Positions 44,437-54,947 of a stretch of DNA of 64,000 nt are shown in pieces; position 1 is the first letter of the stretch; each line of letters starts with the position of its first letter. Position numbers and translations under genes: made by a program. The stretch comes from Limisphaerales bacterium (GTDB lineage Bacteria > Verrucomicrobiota > Verrucomicrobiia > Limisphaerales > CAZKNW01), in the NCBI GenBank assembly GCA_965658675.1, contig CBFHTT010000031.1, forward strand, positions 175,716 to 239,715. The letters run 5' to 3'. The notes beneath the pieces were generated by a model, which was given only the letters and a program-made list of their open reading frames with translations, did not search any database and was not told the origin of the DNA.

Positions 44437-46881
44437 TCAGCGATTCAAAAAGAGCTCCGAGGTCACGATTGATTGGATCAATCTATCAACGCGATAGTCT
44501 TGCTTCCCAAAACGCTCAGTCAGGGTATCGACCACTGATTCATCGGTGAATCCGAGTGAACGCCCCAGGGCATAGGTTGTCAACTTCGCGACCAATGCCC
44601 GTGCAAACTCATCCTTCTTCGTTTTGAGCAGATAGCCCTTTAATTCATCGACTCCATTGATCTCAGTCCCATCAGGCATGACATCGGATGCATCCAGCGG
44701 ACCTTTACTGACATTGTTCCGCGCCCGCCCCTTTTTATTGGCGGTCAGCCGTAGGGCCTGTTCACGGTAAAGTCCGGTGGCGTCATAGTGCTCCAAGGGG
44801 ATCCCCCATGGATCGATTCGTTGATGACAGCTGGTGCAGGCAGCCACATCACGATGTACCGCAAGCTGCCCCTTGAGGGTCAATTGATCAAAGCCCGGTG
44901 TTTCCGAATCCAACGCAGGCACATTGGCCGGAGGTGGTGGTGGTGGATCATCCAACAATCTCTTTAAGATCCAGACTGCGCGATTGATCGGATGCGAGTC
45001 TTCACCAGTGGAATTACCAATCAACATACTTCCCTGCGTGATCAATCCACCGCGATTGTGCTCCGGCCTCAAAGCCACCTTCTGCATCTCCGTCCCCTCA
45101 ACACCATCAACTCCATAGTGCTTGGCCAGACGCTCGTTCAGCATGGTCCAATCCGAGTTCAAGAAATTCATGGCAGAATGCCGACCGTGAAGCACTTCGG
45201 CAAAGAACGATTGCGACTCCAGGCGCATGGCCTCCTTCACCCTGTCCTTGAACTTCGGATAAAACTGCGGATTCACAGCCACTCGATCCAGAGCAGAAAG
45301 ATCCAACCACTGCTCTGTGAATTGATCCAAAAAGCGATCTGCCTTTTCGTCCTTCAGCATCCGCGCCACCTGCGCCCTGAGGACCTTGGGCTTGAGAAGC
45401 GATTTATCAACCGCCAGTTCAAACAACGTTTCATCAGGCATGGTGCTCCAAAGGAAATACGACAAGCGCGACGCCACCTCATGAGCGGTCAGTTTCCGCG
45501 CTCCCTTGTCGCCTTCGATCGGCTCGACGAGATATAGAAACTGCGGCGAAATCAAAACCATCGAGAGTGCCTGCCTCATGGTCTGCACAAAGGTCGGGTA
45601 ATCAGGACGCACCTTTTCGTAGAAACTCAGAACCTCTTCAATCTCTCCCTTTGACGCAGGTCGGCGATAAGCGCGACGCATGAAGCGCTCCAAGATTTCA
45701 CGGGCATAACCACGTTCGTCTTCGGGCACCTCAGCCCCCTTGAACAGAATGTCCTGATGATGCTTGGGTGGCCACATCTTGTAATCAGGTCCAACAAACT
45801 CAACCGAGTGAACCACAAGCCAAGGTTGTTTGGGATCCGGCTTGTTCAACTTCTTCTCCTGCTCATTGATCCTCTTGTCGAACAACTCAATAGCCGCACT
45901 GCCATCGTCATAGACATTGTGCACATTCACCAACATGCCCGGAAAATTGGCACCGGTCTTCAACACACCAATGTTATCCAACCATCCGCGAAACTCATAG
46001 ACACCTGGCTCGGCTTCCGTCGCAGTGACATCCACATCCTCACCAATCCGTCCACCCGGCACATAGGTATCAGCACGGAGGCCAATCCTGACACGCATTC
46101 TGGGTGGGCCTTTCCCTTCCGGAATCTTCGCATGCGCTTTCACCCTGATGGTCACCGGGCCTGACTTGGGATACGTCAACATCCGCGTCATGAAGCAATT
46201 GCCTGGCTGAATATTTCGTGTGTGCGTCGCCTTCTTCTTAGGATTATGTCGACGTGCTGCATTGTCTGTATGCGTCACTTCAAAACGCTTCGGTTCCTCC
46301 ATCTCGACCAATGCCAAATCCAGCCCCATCTGTGCTGACTTCAGGTAATACTCCAGCTGCATTCCGGACATACCCATCGTCATTGCATTGTTCTTGAAGC
46401 CATCCTCGTTGGTGGGCTCTGGAGGTAGGTCCTTCGCATAATCCAGTGGAATCCCCAGCAACTGAGCCATCGTGTTGTTGTATTCGTAGCGAGTGAGTCG
46501 ACGCAGAACTCCCTGCCCTCCGGTTGATCGACGAATCTTGGCTGCCTGAATCATCTGCTTCGTGATCCAGTCCACCATCACCTGCCGCTCCCCTTCGCTG
46601 GGTTGAGGCTCATCTTCAGGGGGCATCTCCCCACGATTCAGAGCATCCAGGACATCATGCCATGTCTCCCGATCCTTCCCCTTCACGAAGTCGAGCTCCA
46701 GCGTATCCACACGAAGTCCACTCTTCTGTTTCTCCGGGCCATGACAGTCTCCGCAATGCTTCTTCAACAGCGGCAATACCTTCTGCTGAAAATGGAGAGA
46801 GCCTGAGTCCCCCTCTTTGGCACTGGAAGAACCCGCACCAAGTAGCAAAAGACCAATTAGAATGAAGCGAAAATTAAACAT
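44437..46881 (-). CDS. DUF1592-family multi-domain protein (PSCyt3/PSD2-5: DUF1587, DUF1592, DUF1595, DUF1588, DUF1585)
   Basis: Signal peptide. N-terminal CGDCHGPEKQKSGLRVD. C-terminal VHRDVAACTSCHQRIDPWGIPLEHYDATGLYRE. Confidence 0.85.
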   Translation of the reverse strand: MFNFRFILIGLLLLGAGSSSAKEGDSGSLHFQQKVLPLLKKHCGDCHGPEKQKSGLRVDTLELDFVKGKDRETWHDVLDALNRGEMPPEDEPQPSEGERQVMVDWITKQMIQAAKIRRSTGGQGVLRRLTRYEYNNTMAQLLGIPLDYAKDLPPEPTNEDGFKNNAMTMGMSGMQLEYYLKSAQMGLDLALVEMEEPKRFEVTHTDNAARRHNPKKKATHTRNIQPGNCFMTRMLTYPKSGPVTIRVKAHAKIPEGKGPPRMRVRIGLRADTYVPGGRIGEDVDVTATEAEPGVYEFRGWLDNIGVLKTGANFPGMLVNVHNVYDDGSAAIELFDKRINEQEKKLNKPDPKQPWLVVHSVEFVGPDYKMWPPKHHQDILFKGAEVPEDERGYAREILERFMRRAYRRPASKGEIEEVLSFYEKVRPDYPTFVQTMRQALSMVLISPQFLYLVEPIEGDKGARKLTAHEVASRLSYFLWSTMPDETLFELAVDKSLLKPKVLRAQVARMLKDEKADRFLDQFTEQWLDLSALDRVAVNPQFYPKFKDRVKEAMRLESQSFFAEVLHGRHSAMNFLNSDWTMLNERLAKHYGVDGVEGTEMQKVALRPEHNRGGLITQGSMLIGNSTGEDSHPINRAVWILKRLLDDPPPPPPANVPALDSETPGFDQLTLKGQLAVHRDVAACTSCHQRIDPWGIPLEHYDATGLYREQALRLTANKKGRARNNVSKGPLDASDVMPDGTEINGVDELKGYLLKTKKDEFARALVAKLTTYALGRSLGFTDESVVDTLTERFGKQDYRVDRLIQSIVTSELFLNR

Positions 46882-47159
46882 CTGGATCAGCTGGACAGAT
46901 GGAAAGGACCGCAGACCACTCCTGTAAATTCAAGCAATATCACCAACTCGCCCACATCCTCAAAAATAGTTCCCTTTTCCCAGCAAATTGGAGAATCTTT
47001 TGAAAACCCACGCAGAGATACAGTGATTCACCCTCCTCCCTTGGAGCTTGAGCCTTCTCAGCATGGATCTTTTGCCCATAGGGACGCCTGAGTGCTGGTG
47101 AATACCCGTGTGACAACACTCGTCAGCCAACCCGACCATAAGATCATCGTAGACGTTAC

Positions 47160-49004
47160 ATGAACCGACTTTTCATATCATTACTCTGTTTGATGGCATG
47201 CGCTTCCACCGCGTTCGCCCTATCTCCCAAGGTAAAGGAGCATGCGCAGCAGCTGGATGAGTTGGTGCGGGAACAGTTGAAACAGACTGGTCAGGAGCAA
47301 CGACAGTCGATTGATGACTACACCTTTTGCCGTCGCGTGTATCTGGATGCCATCGGGCGGATTCCTACCATCGACGAGCTGGATGCCTTCATAGCAGATC
47401 AGAGTTCAGAGAAACGCGCGCTACTGATCGAGGAACTTCTCGCTTCCAAGGGCTACACGAGTCATTGGTACAACTACTGGGCGGATCTGCTGCGTGTAAA
47501 ATATGTGGGCGACAAATTGCACCACCCGGGCAACTACTCCGAGTGGATCAAGGAATCACTCCGCAGCAACAAGCCATATGATCAAATGGCTCATGAATTG
47601 ATCAATGCCAGCGGCCACCTCTACAAGCCTGGCAATGGCGCCACCGGATTCTATGCCCGCGAACCCATGCCTTTGGATCATCTGGCCAATTCGGTGAAGA
47701 CCTTCCTCGGATTGAGCATTGAGTGCGCACAGTGCCACGACCACCCCTTCGACGACTGGACACAAAAGGATTTTTACAAGTTGGCCGCCTTCAGCTCCCG
47801 GACTCACCTGCGAGTCGATCCTCCGGCGAATCTTGAGAAGACTCAGTATGCCAAGGATCGCAGGGTATTGAAGAACAAGGATTTCGATGAATGGATCGTC
47901 TATCGCGAATCCGTCCGCGTGAAGCATGCCGCGATCTATGGCAAGGGGACCGGATTCATGCGCCTGCCACACGACTATCAATACAAAGACGGCAAGCCCT
48001 TTGAAGCAATGGAGGCCGATGTGTTGTTCGGTGAGATGCCAAAGCTGAATCACATACTGTCCAAATCCCAATTGGACACGCTCAAGAAGAACAACTTCGG
48101 CCCCGAGATCAATTCACGCCAGGCACTGGCCGACTGGATCGCGTCACCCAAGAACCCCATGTTCACCAAGTCCATCGTGAACCGCATGTGGTATCAGGTC
48201 ATGGGCACGGAACTAGCGGGGCCGCTCGGAGGACTGACACCCGACAAAATGGGAGAGCATCCCCCACTGACCCAAAAGCTGATCGAAATCATGCAGGCGT
48301 CGAACTATGACCTTAAGAAGTTCCTGAGCGTGCTTTTCAACAGCAGGACCTACCAGGGCCAGGCCTTGGCTCTCGATGTGGACGCGCCTGACTACATTCT
48401 TGATGGTCCCATCGTTCGTAGAATCCCCGCCGAAGCCATTGTTGATTCCTTCCTCAGTCTCAAGACAGAAACACCTGACAAGTATGTGGCCACCGAATTT
48501 CAGTGGGATGGTTTTACTCATTTCTATGAGAAATCTCAGGAAATGGGTGTTAAGGATTTCGTCAACTACTCGGTCAAGGGACCAGGTCGCAGCAAGTTTT
48601 ACAGGAGAGAGGAAAACGCCTCGATGAAACGGAACGGACACCCAGGGCCAAAGCACTTATGGAGAGTCTCTTCTTATCGTCATAGGGATGGAAATCACCC
48701 GATCGCCATGTTGATGGGCAAGTCTGATCGCGACCTGATTGACAGTGCCAACAAGGAACCTGATATCCCTCAAATCCTCTACTTCATGAATGGCCATCTG
48801 GAACAAGAGATCACCACGCAGCCCAAGGCGTATCTGCATCGCAAACTGGAGGACATCACCGATCCTACCCAACGCATGGAAACCATCTGGAAAGCGATCC
48901 TTAGCCGATTACCGAAAGAATCTGAAAAGGCACTCTTTTCCAATGATCAGGACGACCTGATCTGGGCCTTGCTCAATTCCAACGAATTTAGATTTGTAAA
49001 ATAG
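47160..49004 (+). CDS. DUF1549 (PSCyt2) + DUF1553 (PSD1) protein lacking the N-terminal PSCyt1 domain
   Basis: Signal peptide. FCRRVYLDAIGRIPTIDELDAF, WADLLRV, ECAQCHDHPFDDW. There is no CxxCH before the DUF1549 core. Confidence 0.85.
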   Translation: MNRLFISLLCLMACASTAFALSPKVKEHAQQLDELVREQLKQTGQEQRQSIDDYTFCRRVYLDAIGRIPTIDELDAFIADQSSEKRALLIEELLASKGYTSHWYNYWADLLRVKYVGDKLHHPGNYSEWIKESLRSNKPYDQMAHELINASGHLYKPGNGATGFYAREPMPLDHLANSVKTFLGLSIECAQCHDHPFDDWTQKDFYKLAAFSSRTHLRVDPPANLEKTQYAKDRRVLKNKDFDEWIVYRESVRVKHAAIYGKGTGFMRLPHDYQYKDGKPFEAMEADVLFGEMPKLNHILSKSQLDTLKKNNFGPEINSRQALADWIASPKNPMFTKSIVNRMWYQVMGTELAGPLGGLTPDKMGEHPPLTQKLIEIMQASNYDLKKFLSVLFNSRTYQGQALALDVDAPDYILDGPIVRRIPAEAIVDSFLSLKTETPDKYVATEFQWDGFTHFYEKSQEMGVKDFVNYSVKGPGRSKFYRREENASMKRNGHPGPKHLWRVSSYRHRDGNHPIAMLMGKSDRDLIDSANKEPDIPQILYFMNGHLEQEITTQPKAYLHRKLEDITDPTQRMETIWKAILSRLPKESEKALFSNDQDDLIWALLNSNEFRFVK

Positions 49005-49008
49005 TCAC

Positions 49009-50241
49009 ATGAACCGTCGAGATTTCATCTACCGCGTTGGAATGACAGGAATGTCCCTGCCGTTCCTGAACGCAGCATCGGCAGCCGAACTGGCCCCCAA
49101 GGCCAAGTCTGTGATCAACATCTTCCTCTCAGGTGGACTCAGTCAGTACGACAGTTTCAACATGGAGGTGGACAAGTCAATCATTGCCAACTCCAACATC
49201 ATCAAGAGCAATGCTGATGGCATCCGCGTAAGCAACTACTTCCCCACCCTGGCCAAGCAGATGGACAAGCTGATGGTCATCAACTCCATGCAGTCCAACC
49301 AGGGCGCCCACCCTGCTGCCATCTACAAGATACTGACGAGCTACAACCCTCGCTCATCCATCACACATCCGGAACTCGGCGCATGGGTCAACAAGCGCAT
49401 GACCACCGAACAGGACAGTCTTCCCAACTACGTCAGCATCGGCAAAGGCAGCGCAGGCACGGCAGGCTTCTTTCCTGGTCAATGGTCTGCACTCCCCGTC
49501 AAGAACACGAGCGCCGGAATCGATTTCGTAAAGCGGCCACCTACGGTCAACGAAGACAAGTTCAACAATCGGTTGGGGATCTTGGAACCACTGAACGGTG
49601 ATTTCGAAAAGGACTTCGGAACCCGTGATACCAAAGCCTATGTCGACACCTACAAAGGCTCTCTGAAATTCATGAGTTCAAAGGACATCGATGCCTTTGA
49701 CCTGACGAAGGAGAACCAACATATTGTCGATCTCTACGACCGGCAGGAGTTCAGTCGCAGTTGCCTCCTTGCCGGGAGACTTGCCGAACGCGGCGTGCGC
49801 TTCATCAAAGTCGCTCTCGGAGGATGGGACTACCATGACAACATCTATGGCAAGCTCCCTGCAAATGCCAACAAGCTGGATAAAGGGCTATCCTCTCTTC
49901 TGACACACCTGAGCCAGAAAGGACTCTTGGATTCCACCCTCGTTGTGGTCTCCACCGAGTTTGGTCGCAAGCCAGGGATCAACCCCAACAAAGGCAGAGA
50001 TCATCACCCGGACGGCTTTACCTGCTTGATGGCCGGAGCCGGCGTCAAGGCGGGCCAGATCTACGGCAGCACAACAAAGGATGGAAAGTCCGTCGCGGAC
50101 AACGCCCTAGACGTCACCGACTTCAACGCCACGATCGCATGGCGTCTGGAAATCGATCCAGATCATGAGGAAATGAGCCCCAGCGGTCGCCCCTTCAAAC
50201 TGGCTAACAAAGGCAAAGCCCGCACGGAGCTATTTGCCTGA
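49009..50241 (+). CDS. DUF1501 protein, Tat signal
   Basis: MNRRDFIYRVG. KAKSVINIFLSGGLSQYDSFN, GGWDYHDN, STEFGRKP, GRDHHPDGF. It lies 4 nt after the upstream gene. Confidence 0.9.
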   Translation: MNRRDFIYRVGMTGMSLPFLNAASAAELAPKAKSVINIFLSGGLSQYDSFNMEVDKSIIANSNIIKSNADGIRVSNYFPTLAKQMDKLMVINSMQSNQGAHPAAIYKILTSYNPRSSITHPELGAWVNKRMTTEQDSLPNYVSIGKGSAGTAGFFPGQWSALPVKNTSAGIDFVKRPPTVNEDKFNNRLGILEPLNGDFEKDFGTRDTKAYVDTYKGSLKFMSSKDIDAFDLTKENQHIVDLYDRQEFSRSCLLAGRLAERGVRFIKVALGGWDYHDNIYGKLPANANKLDKGLSSLLTHLSQKGLLDSTLVVVSTEFGRKPGINPNKGRDHHPDGFTCLMAGAGVKAGQIYGSTTKDGKSVADNALDVTDFNATIAWRLEIDPDHEEMSPSGRPFKLANKGKARTELFA

Positions 50242-50292
50242 GTTCCCCTGTTATCGTCTGTCAAATCGCGGACAGAGCATTTGGGACTTCCT

Positions 50293-52746
50293 TCACTCGC
50301 CTCGGAATAACGGGCTGTCCGCTACTGCCGCGATCGTGTCGACGATGCGATACTCATTCTCTGCAGACTTGGCGAGGATCTGATCAATTTCGGCAAAGTT
50401 GGCAATAGGCTCTTCTCCGTTGGCGTAGGTAAGCAACTTGGAAATGAAACAGCGGACAAAGCGATCGCGGTTGGCGTCAGACATCATGAGTTGTTTGAAC
50501 TCCTTGATATCGGAATAACTCGTTCCATTGCGAAAGCGGGCGCTGGCATCCACTGGCTTCACACTACCCAACATAGGTCTCATTTGCTTGTCGGGCATGG
50601 TTATATTTCCGAACTCCCGATAGTCATCCCGCCACGCGCCGGTAGGAGCAAAGTTTTCAAAGGCGAATCCCCACGGGTCGATACTCGCGTGACAAGCCGC
50701 ACAGGATGTATCTTTGGTGTGAGCAGCGAGCACCTCGCGGATGGTCTTGGCATTTCGCACATCCGGTTCCGTAATTTCAATGTCGGGCGGCGGCGGAGAG
50801 GGATGAATGCCCATGAGGTTCTCCATCACATAGACGGCTCGATGAATGGGTGAAGTCGTCTGGGTGTCCGCGGTCGAAGTCAGGAAGGCTCCCATGCCCA
50901 GCAAGCCACCGCGACGCCCGTCTGTGAAGGTGTATTGCCGCAATTTTGAATCCTCGGGAACTCCCTCCAGACGATAGATCCGGGCGAGATCGGCATTCAC
51001 GAAACTGTAGTTGGCGGAAATCAACTCGGTGACTGGGCGATTGTTTTCCACAATGTGTCGGAAGAATGCGAGCGCTTCATTCACCATGTCCTCACCAACC
51101 TGCTTTCGATCGTAGAAAGGATACCGGTCCGGATCCGGAGCCATGAAGTTGATGTCGGCAAGCTTAAGCCAGCTATAGGGGAACTCTTCAATGAGCGCTT
51201 CTGCTTTCCCTGTATCGATCCGCCTTCGTAGTTCCTGACGAACGCTCTCAAAGGACGCCATCTTCCCCTTGGCGACCTGCTCCCGCAGACCGGCTGGAGG
51301 AATCGTGGCTTCAAGGAAGAAACTCAACTTCGAAGCGAAGCGGTCGCTGGCTGAGAGGTCCTCGCCATCCAGAATGAGAAAGGCGGGAGATAGCAACACG
51401 CCGAGAATCCCCTCTTTATAAGCGTCCACGATACCCACTCGTTCCACGTGTTTTTCGACCAAGGCCACCATGGGCATCAATTCATCATCTGTAGCGGCGC
51501 GGCGCCACGCGCGTTCAGCGATGGGTTTGAGAATCTCCAAGGCCTGTTCCACCGTAGGGTTTTCGCCCAGCAGAGCCACCTGCCTCTTCGGAGGCCAGCT
51601 TTCGAAAAGCGGTCCCTCGATATCGACGCTGAAGAGGCGAGGCCGGGCACCATGCCAGACGTTTCTCCAGAATACCGAATGATCAGCGGTTCGGGTGGGA
51701 AACCTTTTCTGAAGTGACTTCTGCTGATCGAATATTCGCTGAAATGCAGCTGGATCCGCTTTCTTGAGATAGGCGCCTGCGATTGCACGTTGATGTTTAA
51801 AACTTCCGTTGTGCAACATGCGGAAGGCATCCGTCTCGTGCCAGAATTTGAGTTCAGTGCCGGCGGTCAGCCACTCATCGAGCTTGATGTCCATCGCTTC
51901 CTCATCCGGTAGATCTACCAGATGCTCGCGATCTCCCATCTGAATCTTCAATTGAATCGGGTCGGCGTGGTGGAAGCCCGTATCCTTGGTATCGTAAAGA
52001 GTCCGATCCACGCCGGTCGCCTTAATCGTAATTCGGTAGCGCCCCGTCTTTGGAATCCGCCGCAGTTTTTTCAAAACGTAAGGATCCCTAGGATCACTGA
52101 AGTCTCGATACTTGACCGAAGCATGACGGGACTTTGCCCCAGCAACGTTTCCTTTTTCAATACCAGCAGCTGAAATCCTATAGCGTTTCGCCTCAGGCTT
52201 CTTCCCCCTTTTCAAAGTCGCATCCAGGATATTGCGAATGGCCTCGACATAGCTTTCCAGATGAAAACGACTCATGCCCAGCGTTTCGCCGTGTGTATCA
52301 AAACCATGGTGACGGGAATCTCCTACAAGGTTGGCCAAGGGGAAATGCGTGCCTACATCCTCCAGCAACAGCGCATCACGCACGCTATTGGCAAACTCGA
52401 GATTGTTCATCCTCCGCGGGCGCGATGTGACCCGAACCGTTTCGAAGCTCTTAATCTTCTGCTCCAAATAGGTCACCAATTGCTTACGATCGGTGGAGGT
52501 GAGTTTGCTCTCATCCTCGGGCGGCATATCTTCGACCCTGACCAGGTCCAGACAATCGAGCCATCGTTCGAAGTTGTCATCCGTCGGCTCGGAGCCGAGA
52601 TCGGCAATCTTGAATTTGCCTTTGCTCTTCTCGTCGTTGTGACACTTAAAGCAATGGGTTTCGAGCAGGGTTACCGAGCCGGAGACTTGAGTGACCGGCA
52701 ATGTCACTCCGAGCAGGAGGCAGATAAGCGAAAATGGAAATTTCAT
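50293..52746 (-). CDS. DUF1592-family multi-domain protein (PSCyt3/PSD2-5)
   Basis: Signal peptide. N-terminal CFKCHNDEKSKGKFKIADL. C-terminal AHTKDTSCAACHASIDPWGFAFENFAPTGAWRD. Confidence 0.85.
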   Translation of the reverse strand: MKFPFSLICLLLGVTLPVTQVSGSVTLLETHCFKCHNDEKSKGKFKIADLGSEPTDDNFERWLDCLDLVRVEDMPPEDESKLTSTDRKQLVTYLEQKIKSFETVRVTSRPRRMNNLEFANSVRDALLLEDVGTHFPLANLVGDSRHHGFDTHGETLGMSRFHLESYVEAIRNILDATLKRGKKPEAKRYRISAAGIEKGNVAGAKSRHASVKYRDFSDPRDPYVLKKLRRIPKTGRYRITIKATGVDRTLYDTKDTGFHHADPIQLKIQMGDREHLVDLPDEEAMDIKLDEWLTAGTELKFWHETDAFRMLHNGSFKHQRAIAGAYLKKADPAAFQRIFDQQKSLQKRFPTRTADHSVFWRNVWHGARPRLFSVDIEGPLFESWPPKRQVALLGENPTVEQALEILKPIAERAWRRAATDDELMPMVALVEKHVERVGIVDAYKEGILGVLLSPAFLILDGEDLSASDRFASKLSFFLEATIPPAGLREQVAKGKMASFESVRQELRRRIDTGKAEALIEEFPYSWLKLADINFMAPDPDRYPFYDRKQVGEDMVNEALAFFRHIVENNRPVTELISANYSFVNADLARIYRLEGVPEDSKLRQYTFTDGRRGGLLGMGAFLTSTADTQTTSPIHRAVYVMENLMGIHPSPPPPDIEITEPDVRNAKTIREVLAAHTKDTSCAACHASIDPWGFAFENFAPTGAWRDDYREFGNITMPDKQMRPMLGSVKPVDASARFRNGTSYSDIKEFKQLMMSDANRDRFVRCFISKLLTYANGEEPIANFAEIDQILAKSAENEYRIVDTIAAVADSPLFRGE

Positions 52747-52751
52747 ATCTT

Positions 52752-54002
52752 TCAGCTGTAACGTAGATCAAAATTTCCGGTGCTGGTATTGAATGAATCC
52801 ACCTCGAGACCAAAGCGCTGCAGCAAGGTTACGAAGAGATTGCAGAGCGGCATGTTCTTTCCACCCTTGGCGGCATCTACATGCCCCAGATGTTTAAAGC
52901 CGCCTCCAGCCACCATGATCGGCAAATTGCGACACGAGTGCGTACCTCCATAACCCATGCCGCTACCGAAAAGAACGATCGTGTTGTCTAGCATGGAGCC
53001 TTCGCCATTGGGTTCCTGAATCGAATCCATTTTCTGGAGGCACCGGGAAAGTTGTTCAATTTGGAAGGTTTCGATCGCGACCAATTCCGCTGTGATAGTC
53101 GCCACCTTTCCATTATGCGTGCAGCTGTGGTAGCTACGAGTGACAGGCCCAATTGCTGTGTAATCCACTGTCCGCGGGAATGCCACAGTCGCCACCCGGG
53201 TCAGATCCGTCTCGAAGGCGTAAGTGACCATATCAAAGATGGCGTTGTAGTCTTGAAGCAGGGTCGGCTCGAGGTTTGCGTAGTGACCGGAAATATCAAA
53301 CGTTGGTTTATCTTTACCGATCCACTGGCGGCGATTCTCGAGAACCTTTTCAAACTCACGGACAGAAGTCTGATACTGATCCAGTCGTTCGTGATCGAAC
53401 CGACTCGCCGATTTTTCGAGAAGTGCAAATTGATCAGCAACCTTATCAAGGACGCTGTCATTGCGGTCGATCAGATCCAGTTGTTTCGTCTTTTCCCGCG
53501 CAGAGGGATTTGAAAACAGATGATTGAAAAGCCTCTGAGGATCGGTGATCACCGCATCCTTTACGCCATTGGCCGTCCAACTCATCTGGATGCCATCCCT
53601 TAGAGCCGCATTGATGGAAGGAAAGCGCACTTCACTGCCAGACTGACGAGCCATCAACTGATCGAACGACACGTTCTTTTCAGGGAATGAGCCGGCATCC
53701 TTTGGCAATATTCCATTGAGAAAGGCAACTTCACGGCCATGGCCATTGACCATTTTGTGATCGGTATGGGAGAAGATGCTCAGGCGATCCTTAAGCCAGT
53801 TCAATGAACGTAGAGACAGCGGTAAATCAAAGTTCTTCCCAAACGTTTTGGGAAAGAAATATCCCGGATGCATTCCCAACGGATTGGCGACAATAAGACA
53901 ACGGGTCTTCGACGCCTCTGCGGCACCGCCCAAGCACTCCAAAGAAGGAAGGGCCATTGCCCCGCCCATGCCGGCTAGAAAAGTTCTTCGATCAATTTTC
54001 AT
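52752..54002 (-). CDS. DUF1552 protein, Tat signal
   Basis: MKIDRRTFLAGMGGAMALPSLE. SFDQLMA, SVLDKVADQ...ERLDQYQTSVREFEK. It lies 5 nt upstream of the DUF1592-family gene and 12 nt downstream of the anti-sigma gene. Confidence 0.85.
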   Translation of the reverse strand: MKIDRRTFLAGMGGAMALPSLECLGGAAEASKTRCLIVANPLGMHPGYFFPKTFGKNFDLPLSLRSLNWLKDRLSIFSHTDHKMVNGHGREVAFLNGILPKDAGSFPEKNVSFDQLMARQSGSEVRFPSINAALRDGIQMSWTANGVKDAVITDPQRLFNHLFSNPSAREKTKQLDLIDRNDSVLDKVADQFALLEKSASRFDHERLDQYQTSVREFEKVLENRRQWIGKDKPTFDISGHYANLEPTLLQDYNAIFDMVTYAFETDLTRVATVAFPRTVDYTAIGPVTRSYHSCTHNGKVATITAELVAIETFQIEQLSRCLQKMDSIQEPNGEGSMLDNTIVLFGSGMGYGGTHSCRNLPIMVAGGGFKHLGHVDAAKGGKNMPLCNLFVTLLQRFGLEVDSFNTSTGNFDLRYS

Positions 54003-54014
54003 ATCTTAAATATA

Positions 54015-54920
54015 CTAAAATTCAGAGGTGATCAGCGTTGCTTTCACATCGTCGACATAACGATGCACCATTGGTTTGGTTGAGAACTTCTCCCGAGCTG
54101 CCAGCCAGATAATCATTCGACGAGCCGAGGGCGGCACTCCGAGTTTGGTCACGACCCGCTGCCATCCTTTGTGATGCGGTTTTGCATCCACTCTTTGCCT
54201 TGCCGAAGCCACGGCATCTTCGACCAGTTCTGGGAAACGTATTTCAGCCTCTTCCACCTCGTAGTCATAGGCCAGCAGATTGACACTGTAGCGATTGAGT
54301 CTCGCCTCGTCATCGGTGTAAAACGCAGCTGACACCTCAATCTCAACGGACCGATTCAATGGCTCCGGCAGCAGGGTCGTAAGGTCGACGACATAGCACA
54401 CGCGGCCACTGCCTTCCTTTCCCAAGGGAGTCAGCTGAAGCATCGATTGACCCTCCTTTGCCGTAAATCCGGTTTCCTCTTTCGTTACACGGTTGATCTC
54501 CCCTCCCCAATTTCCAACTGCACTGGGAAATCCCGGATGGTAGTTCTGAGCTGAATCTTCAAATCCCGGATCCACCAGAGCGATGGCCTTACGTAATGGC
54601 TTTGGCGCTCTGGCGCTCACACTGGGTAGAATGACCGAAGAGAAGTATGTGCCCAACAAAATCCCCATTATCGATGCGGCAATCGGTTGCCACGTCAGCC
54701 ATTGCGATACCGTTCTCCGCTGGCGTGGTGGTGGAGATTGAACCGACTCTTTCTTTTCGCCGATTGAGAGTGCGTAATCGATGTTTGCGTAGCTCACCCA
54801 GGCATCGCGGAATTCAGCATCCTCCCGGAGCAAGGTTTCCACCTGGGTATGTTCTTCCTGAGTGACGCTGCCATCGCGGAAGCGCTGAATCAGGTCAAAG
54901 CGTGGATCGTCGGTCTTCAT
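54015..54920 (-). CDS. Anti-sigma factor (FecR-like N-terminus, single TM, periplasmic domain of about 190 aa)
   Basis: N-terminus LIQRFRDGSVTQEEHTQVETLLREDAEFRDAWVSYANIDYAL. TM helix WQPIAASIMGILLGTYFSSVIL. It lies immediately downstream of the ECF sigma gene. Confidence 0.65.
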   Translation of the reverse strand: MKTDDPRFDLIQRFRDGSVTQEEHTQVETLLREDAEFRDAWVSYANIDYALSIGEKKESVQSPPPRQRRTVSQWLTWQPIAASIMGILLGTYFSSVILPSVSARAPKPLRKAIALVDPGFEDSAQNYHPGFPSAVGNWGGEINRVTKEETGFTAKEGQSMLQLTPLGKEGSGRVCYVVDLTTLLPEPLNRSVEIEVSAAFYTDDEARLNRYSVNLLAYDYEVEEAEIRFPELVEDAVASARQRVDAKPHHKGWQRVVTKLGVPPSARRMIIWLAAREKFSTKPMVHRYVDDVKATLITSEF

Positions 54921-54947
54921 TTCGGTTCAAACAGGATAGAAGGCTTA